Both the position numbers and the translations under genes were made by a program. Positions 58,567-64,000 of a DNA stretch of 64,000 nt are shown in pieces. The DNA is from Armatimonadota bacterium. GTDB taxonomy: Bacteria > Armatimonadota > SYMT01. The notes beneath the pieces were generated by a model. That model saw only the letters and a list, made by a program, of their open reading frames with translations. It searched no databases and had not been told where the DNA came from. The stretch spans positions 640,001-704,000 of the forward strand of contig JAWLHY010000003.1 of NCBI GenBank assembly GCA_041690135.1. The letters run 5' to 3'. The first letter of the stretch is position 1, and each line of letters begins with the position of its first letter.

Positions 58567-58629
58567 CCCGGCAAACCGCGTTCCCCCGCTGCGCTTCTGT
58601 GGACCGGTTGGTCCGGGTAAGGCCGGACG

Positions 58630-60573
58630 CTATTTGGGCTGGATCGTCAGCGTTTGGGCCGGCACGGCGACCAGCACGTTCTTGGCGTTCCCCTGGACGG
58701 TGATCGGGCCGGCGCCCACGGGCGCGGCGGCCGCGGCGGTGAGGGTGATCTTCCCTTCCGTCTGGGTGTCGTTGATCGTGAGGGCGCTGGCGGTCACGTT
58801 CGGCGGCAGCCCGGCCACGGTCACGGCGATGTTCTCCTTGTAGTCCTTGGAGCGGGTCGCCTTCACCGTAAGCTCCAGCTTCTGGCCCTGCTTCACCGCC
58901 ATGGCCGGGGCAGTGAACTCCAGCTTATAGGGAGGCTCGGGCCCCACCCCCGTCACGATCAACTCGGTATCGCGCTGCTGCTTCTGGTTCGCCGCGGCCA
59001 GTGGGGGAGACCACGTCTCCTGCCCGCGGGCCACCCGCTCCAGGGTGCGGTCCCCTACCTTGCCGGTTCCCACGATCCGGGGCAGCGCGGCCACCGGCTT
59101 CGTGCCCGGAGCGGCAGTGAGGGTGACGACCACGCTGTTCTTCCCCTTGGGCAGGTTCGCGGCGCTGGCGGTAACCCCGGCGGGCAGGTTCTCGATCCGC
59201 AGGCCGATCTCTTCGTTGTAACCGGCCCGCACGGCCGTCACCGTGACCACGGCGGAGGCCCCGGCAGGGATCGTCGGGTTGTCCGGCGTGACCTTCAACT
59301 GGAAGTCGGGCGCGGGCGGCTCCGAGATCCGCAGCCGGTAGAAGTAGTCGTCGCTGCCGAGCGAGCTTAGGCTGCGCACCTCCGCATAGAACGTGCCGTC
59401 CGCCGGGGCGGTGAAGGTGAGGCGGGCGTCCTTGCCCACGCCGTCGTCGTTGGCCGCCAGTTCCTTACCGGTCCCGTCCAGCACGCGGAGCACCGGGTCG
59501 AGCCGGGAGTCGATCCGCTTCGCCTCCACGTCCAGCAAGATCACCTGCTTCGCCTTGGCATCGAAGGCGACCACGTCGCGGTCGCCCCGCTTCTCGATCC
59601 AGCCGCTCACGTTCACCGGGAACTGGCCGCTGCGGGTGGCGCTCTTCACGTCGTCGTTCGGCTCGGCTTCCACCGCTTCCGGCAGATCGTCCACGAACAG
59701 ATCGATTGGGTTAGCCAGGCCCAGCGGAGTCTTCGGCACCACCCGGACGCGTTCTTCCTTCGGGTCCGCGGGGAGCGCCACCTGGAGCTCGCCCATGTTC
59801 CCCAGGTTGATCCCCTGGAGGGCCACCTTCACCGTGGCGCCCCGCTGGCCGCCCATCGGGCTGTAGCGCGTGACCACCGGCAGTTTGCCGACCGTGAGCC
59901 GGTAGGTGTGCGCGGGGCTGCCCTTGAACAGGGTGTCGCGGACCTGGAGCAGGTACTTGCCGCTCGTTTTGAAGGTGTGGACGAGGCGCGGGTCCCGCCC
60001 GAAGTTATCCGCCGCGTAGCTCTGGTGTCGGCCCCGCTCGTCCAGCAGGGTGAGGAAGCCGTCCATCTGCGAGAGGTGCGCCGCCGCGTTGATGGAGAAC
60101 ACCCACGTCTCGCCGGCCTGCGCGCTGAAACTGTAGGTATCGATGTCTTCCGCCTTGTCCGACCGGCCCAGGATGGAGATGGGGAGCTTCTCCAGCACTT
60201 GCGGTTGCGAGCGGGCATCGTTCGGCTCCTTTTCCAGCAGGTCCGGGTAACGGCCCACCCAGATCCGGCCCGCGTTCGAGGCGCCCTTGCCGGTCACCAC
60301 CCGCACCTCGCGCATCCCGATCTCCGCATTCGGGTCGATGGTCAGCTTGAGGGGCAGCGAGCCGGCATTGCCGCCCATGGCGGTTTCGGCCTTCACGCCG
60401 GTCCCGCTCACGTAAACAGCCTGGACGTCCGCCAGGTTGCCGCCGGACACGGTGGCGGTGACCGCCGTGCCGGCCTGACCGCCCGGCGGGAAGACCGCCG
60501 TGATCGAGGGCGCCTGCGCGGCGGCCGGAAGGGAAGGGGCCAGGATCGCGGCGGCCAGCAAGTAGCGCTTCAT
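58630..60573 (-). CDS. secreted PPC-domain (pre-peptidase C-terminal) repeat protein
   Basis: Signal peptide; FPPGGQAG, EKEPND, EAEPND, D.D...F, LDP.L, NDD...DARL, YRL. Confidence 0.85.
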   Translation of the reverse strand: MKRYLLAAAILAPSLPAAAQAPSITAVFPPGGQAGTAVTATVSGGNLADVQAVYVSGTGVKAETAMGGNAGSLPLKLTIDPNAEIGMREVRVVTGKGASNAGRIWVGRYPDLLEKEPNDARSQPQVLEKLPISILGRSDKAEDIDTYSFSAQAGETWVFSINAAAHLSQMDGFLTLLDERGRHQSYAADNFGRDPRLVHTFKTSGKYLLQVRDTLFKGSPAHTYRLTVGKLPVVTRYSPMGGQRGATVKVALQGINLGNMGELQVALPADPKEERVRVVPKTPLGLANPIDLFVDDLPEAVEAEPNDDVKSATRSGQFPVNVSGWIEKRGDRDVVAFDAKAKQVILLDVEAKRIDSRLDPVLRVLDGTGKELAANDDGVGKDARLTFTAPADGTFYAEVRSLSSLGSDDYFYRLRISEPPAPDFQLKVTPDNPTIPAGASAVVTVTAVRAGYNEEIGLRIENLPAGVTASAANLPKGKNSVVVTLTAAPGTKPVAALPRIVGTGKVGDRTLERVARGQETWSPPLAAANQKQQRDTELIVTGVGPEPPYKLEFTAPAMAVKQGQKLELTVKATRSKDYKENIAVTVAGLPPNVTASALTINDTQTEGKITLTAAAAAPVGAGPITVQGNAKNVLVAVPAQTLTIQPK

Positions 60574-60708
60574 CGGGACCTCCGGAAGAGAGCGACGGGT
60601 TGAGCAGCAAAAGGGAAGAAGGGGCAACCTACCAGGTTGAATCTACCCCTTCCATGGTGTCCCGCCGGGGGGAAGAAGTGATCCACATCACATCCGATTG
60701 CCTGCGGC

Positions 60709-60910
60709 CGATCAGGATGAGGATGAGGATGAGGATAAGGAGAGTGTGGAGGCAGGCGTAGAGTTCATTTCGCAATTGTGGTCTTTTGACACGGAGGACA
60801 CGGATGGAACGGAGTGGCACGGAGGAAGGGAAGTGGAGGAGTTCGTTTCGCAGTGGGTGGTGGCCCGCTCGACACAGACGGACACAGAGGGGACAAGAGG
60901 GGACACAGAG
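60709..60910. repeat. cluster of short-period repeats (GGATGA hexamers; GACACGGAG / GGACACAGAG 9-10-mers)
   Basis: Seen at 60709-60742, 60788-60824 and 60871-60910. Confidence 0.7.
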
Positions 60911-61099
60911 TTGCGTGGATCGGGTGGATGGGTGAGGGGTGGAGGAGTGAAGCGGTGAGGGGTAGTAGCGTCGGGATCCGGGGAGTGGGAGGGGTTGGGA
61001 ACGGTGGCGTCGGAAGGAGCCCCGGATGCGGCGGCGGTGGGAGTGCGGGAAACGGCGCCCTTTTCCGGGGCTGGTGATCGACAGGGTGGAGGGCCGCCG

Positions 61100-61375
61100 T
61101 TATTGCCTCCGCTTGCGGTTCCTGGCCTTACTCCCGGAAGCTCCCTCGGGGTTCGGTTCGCCGGTGGGTTGCGGCCGGGCCCGGGGCGGCGGCTGGGGGG
61201 CCGGTGGGTTCCGCCGGCTCTCGAGGAAGCGGTTCAGGTCCTCTTCCTCCACGGCGAAGACTCCCGGGGAAAGGGTCACCAGCGGCACGCCCGCGGCAAT
61301 CAGCGCGCGCCGGATCGTGTTGGTGCTGCCCATCCGCGCGCGACGGGCAGCGGTGGCCATTTTGATGAGGGGCAT
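61100..61375 (-). CDS. small basic hypothetical protein, possibly HTH/excisionase-like
   Basis: AARRA.MGS.NTIRR...FAVEEEDLNRFLE pattern. Confidence 0.45.
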   Translation of the reverse strand: MPLIKMATAARRARMGSTNTIRRALIAAGVPLVTLSPGVFAVEEEDLNRFLESRRNPPAPQPPPRARPQPTGEPNPEGASGSKARNRKRRQ

Positions 61376-61402
61376 CAGGGATACCGGGCCCTTTGCGTTC
61401 GC

Positions 61403-61466
61403 CGATTAGGATTAGGATTAGGATTAGGATTACGATAAGGATAAGGATAAAGACAAGGATAAGGAG
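61403..61466. repeat. hexamer microsatellite (GGATTA/GGATAA), about 10 units
   Basis: cgatta (ggatta)x4 cgataa ggataa ggataa agacaa ggataa. Confidence 0.85.
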
Positions 61467-61830
61467 CGACAAGTACAGGGGCAAGTATTCTCACACCCCA
61501 GTCGGCTGATGCCGTTATCGCCAACCCGGACACAACCCTGACTCTTGCCTCGGAGTCCGAGAGATATCTCGGTCCCGAACGCTGTCTTGTCCTCTTGCCG
61601 GCTGCCCTCTTGTACGATTCAACCGGCCCCGCACTCTCCCTCCCAGGGCCGGCCGGAGTGAACTCGCTTCCAAGGGCATTAAGTGCCCCCGAAGGCGAGT
61701 AGGACCAGGTCGCCGCATTCATCCTTCAGAAGAACCTCACCGCCCGTTATGGGCGCGGTTTTCCGAGCGGACTGCCCTCTCTCGCGATCAGGCGGCCTTG
61801 CTGCGGAAGGGCGCCTCACCCGATGCGTGG

Positions 61831-62408
61831 TCAATGATCCGTTCCGCTCACCTGCGAGAACATCTCCAGCATGACACGATCGTTCAACTCGGTGGCAATC
61901 TCCAGGGCTGTCTTGCAATGAAGTGCGCGAGCTCTTGGGTCGGCACCCCCTCGGAGTAGCACCCGAACTATCGGGTAGTTTTTGTGGGCTGCCGCGAGGG
62001 ACAGAGCTCGAGAGCCCGACCCGTCCAGATCGGCCCCGCGCCGGAGCAGGAGCTCGACGGTAGTCAGGTGACCCCCTCTACGGCGCCTACCACCGCACTG
62101 TCCGTCAAGAATGTCGAGTGATTGGGGTCGGCGCCATAGTCAAGAAGTAGCTCAACCATCCGGTCATCGCCGCGGGTCGCGGCGACCATCAGCAGAGACT
62201 TCCCCTTCACCTCGAATCGGTCTGGTTCCGTCTGACGCCGCAGAGCCCAGCGGGCACGACCCTCGTGCCCATCGACCACTCCCGAGACCAGCATCCAACC
62301 CGGATAGGAACGGTACGCCAGGCCCGCGCAGACGAGCGCCACAGCAAAGGAGAAGAACAGGGTGAGGTCTCGGCGCCACTGCCGCTGGACGGCGTTTCTT
62401 AGTTGCAT
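61831..62408 (-). pseudogene. membrane-anchored ankyrin-repeat protein with a -1 frameshift in a G5 run (62072-62076)
   Basis: ORF stops at ...AVEGVT*; adding one G gives AVEGGHLTTVELLLRRGAD...HKNYPIVRVLLRGGADP...KTALEIA...* at 61831. Confidence 0.75.
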
Positions 62409-62470
62409 CAGTTCATACGTCTATAGAAAGATCCGTTACAACCGATCTTTTCCAAACCATACAAACGTTT

Positions 62471-63052
62471 CTATCCCAACACGACCCATTCAACAAACTT
62501 GTATCCAGCCATTCCCGAGGTGATACCCAGCGTGATGCGGCCGAGATCTGATCTAGCGTTCTTGAATACAGCCAAACATCGTTCACTTGGGGGCTCTTTC
62601 ATGCCATTCCAAACAGAGACCCCCACAATCTCGGTGATCGAAATTGAAGAGATAACTGCAATAGCCTCGGAAAATAATACCAATCGTGCAAGATACGCAC
62701 CACACAATCCATCGGCAATCACCGCAGCGATAAGGAAGAGTGGACCTTTAGAAAGAAACCTGTCCCTAAACAAGACTGCCGACGACCATATAGTTGCGAA
62801 CTCTATCGCAAGTCGCAAGAATACCGCCTGCAGTAGCACGCCACCAATTGTTCCCACCTGGATCGAAAGCAGAAAACCGCTGAAGAGGACTATCGACAGG
62901 AATGCTGTCGTTGCGCGAATCTCTCGATATTTGAGACGCGCCAACTCATAGATTTCACCTGGTTCGCCACGCCGTTGTTGCAAGACTCGAACCTCGCCAG
63001 AAGTAATGATATCGGTATTGATCCAGCTACTATCTCTCAAGCCGAACGACAT
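62471..63052 (-). CDS. hypothetical membrane protein (low GC, start uncertain)
   Basis: 193-aa ORF with several hydrophobic segments, atypical codon use. Confidence 0.5.
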   Translation of the reverse strand: MSFGLRDSSWINTDIITSGEVRVLQQRRGEPGEIYELARLKYREIRATTAFLSIVLFSGFLLSIQVGTIGGVLLQAVFLRLAIEFATIWSSAVLFRDRFLSKGPLFLIAAVIADGLCGAYLARLVLFSEAIAVISSISITEIVGVSVWNGMKEPPSERCLAVFKNARSDLGRITLGITSGMAGYKFVEWVVLG

Positions 63053-63431
63053 ATACTCGCCTACCCATCCGGAGACTCCAGAGATCTACAACCACATCAT
63101 CGCTGAGACCTGCCACAAAGTGCACATGATCTATCCCGGTTTCATAACCCTCAGCTGCTGCTGAACTAGTGGAGATGCAGGCAACACGCAACCAGTATCC
63201 CATGGAGAAACCAACAGGACCCTCCATTGGAACGAGTTGACATATTGCGAGACCTGCAATTGGACCGGCCAGTAGCATGATGAGGACGAGGGTTGGCATT
63301 GTTCTTCGCCAACGGCGAGCGCCCTGCTCTCGAGTCTGTTCCGATTGCTCTCGATGAAGAAACATGCGGAGGCTCCAGAGCGGTTTGTACCTCAATCGGT
63401 TAACCTGGTATCGCCCTGCCGGTGTGGTCAC
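63030..63431 (-). CDS. hypothetical membrane-anchored protein (low GC, start uncertain)
   Basis: 133-aa ORF with one hydrophobic segment. Confidence 0.4.
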   Translation of the reverse strand: MTTPAGRYQVNRLRYKPLWSLRMFLHREQSEQTREQGARRWRRTMPTLVLIMLLAGPIAGLAICQLVPMEGPVGFSMGYWLRVACISTSSAAAEGYETGIDHVHFVAGLSDDVVVDLWSLRMGRRVYVVRLER

Positions 63432-63450
63432 GGAACGTGAGGATCGAACG

Positions 63451-63840
63451 CTATGCCTCTATTCTTTGGCCGAGGCAGTAGCACAGGCCCACGTCGTCGC
63501 GGAGGAAGAAGACCCGATAGCGGGCGCCGCCGTGGTCGTCGACCCGCAGCGGGCTGGGGCGCAGGCCCGCGGCTTCCGCTTCGGCGCGGGCGGCCTCGAC
63601 ATCGGAGACGGAAAGGTAGCAACTGGCCTGTTCCGGATCACCGCCGGTTTCGGCGAGTCCCAGGGTGATCTCGTCGCGCCGGATCAGGGCACGGTGCACG
63701 GGGCTCTCCTCGCGGGCCACGACCCCGAACTCGAGCCGGTCCGTGTAGTAGGGCAGGGCGCTTTCGATATCCGGCACGGGCAGGTTTGTGGGGTCCGTGT
63801 CGCCAATGGGATATACGGCAAGGTAAAGGGCGCGGTCCAT
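63451..63840 (-). CDS. VOC / glyoxalase-bleomycin resistance family protein
   Basis: LPVPDIE.AL.YY...L.F; CYLSVSDVEA; YRVFFLRDD.G; GGAGG RBS. Confidence 0.85.
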   Translation of the reverse strand: MDRALYLAVYPIGDTDPTNLPVPDIESALPYYTDRLEFGVVAREESPVHRALIRRDEITLGLAETGGDPEQASCYLSVSDVEAARAEAEAAGLRPSPLRVDDHGGARYRVFFLRDDVGLCYCLGQRIEA

Positions 63841-64000
63841 CAGGTCCTCCGGGTCCGAATGTGGAGTGGTCTGCGTTCAGTTCCACAAGAAGGGGTCGGC
63901 TCCCCTTTCTTAATCGATCAGGCGCTGTCCCCTTGCACGCTGTGGATAGATCGCCGTCATCGAGGGCAGGCACCGAACCCCCACGGCGGTTTACGCCCCG

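Noticed and set aside
1-64000. tRNA, rRNA, integrase or transposase genes
   Set aside because: None recognised by eye; tRNAscan-SE, Infernal and ISEScan would be needed to exclude them

Overview
High-GC bacterial window. Two DUF1559/H-X9-DG prepilin-like genes, sulfatases and a PPC-domain protein suggest Armatimonadota or a PVC-like lineage (inference). From left to right it holds: a Tat oxidoreductase; a toxin-antitoxin pair whose ParE toxin carries an in-frame TGA; hydrolases and sulfatases; a probable general-stress block (PvdN-like PLP enzyme, VKOR, a Tat-less selenocysteine formate dehydrogenase with a clear SECIS, Fe-S subunit and NrfD, GH1, BCAM0308, SigB-family sigma factor, cation/K+ transporters); pstSCAB; and a hybrid kinase. 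The main result is a tightly coupled minus-strand RiPP-like operon (43787-51690). It encodes a radical SAM/SPASM enzyme, a 59-aa Cys3 precursor absent from the ORF track (50260-50439), an HprK-like kinase, a Ser/His S26 peptidase, a large secreted gingipain-like C25 protein, a nucleotidyltransferase and a PqqD/RRE, with no lasso cyclase. Further right are a plasmid-type Rep gene with about 13 upstream iterons, ClcA, a frameshifted ankyrin gene and a low-GC patch. Several intergenic repeat families recur, including a composite REPIN-like element at two loci about 50 kb apart. All family calls come from motif recognition by eye; no database searches were run.
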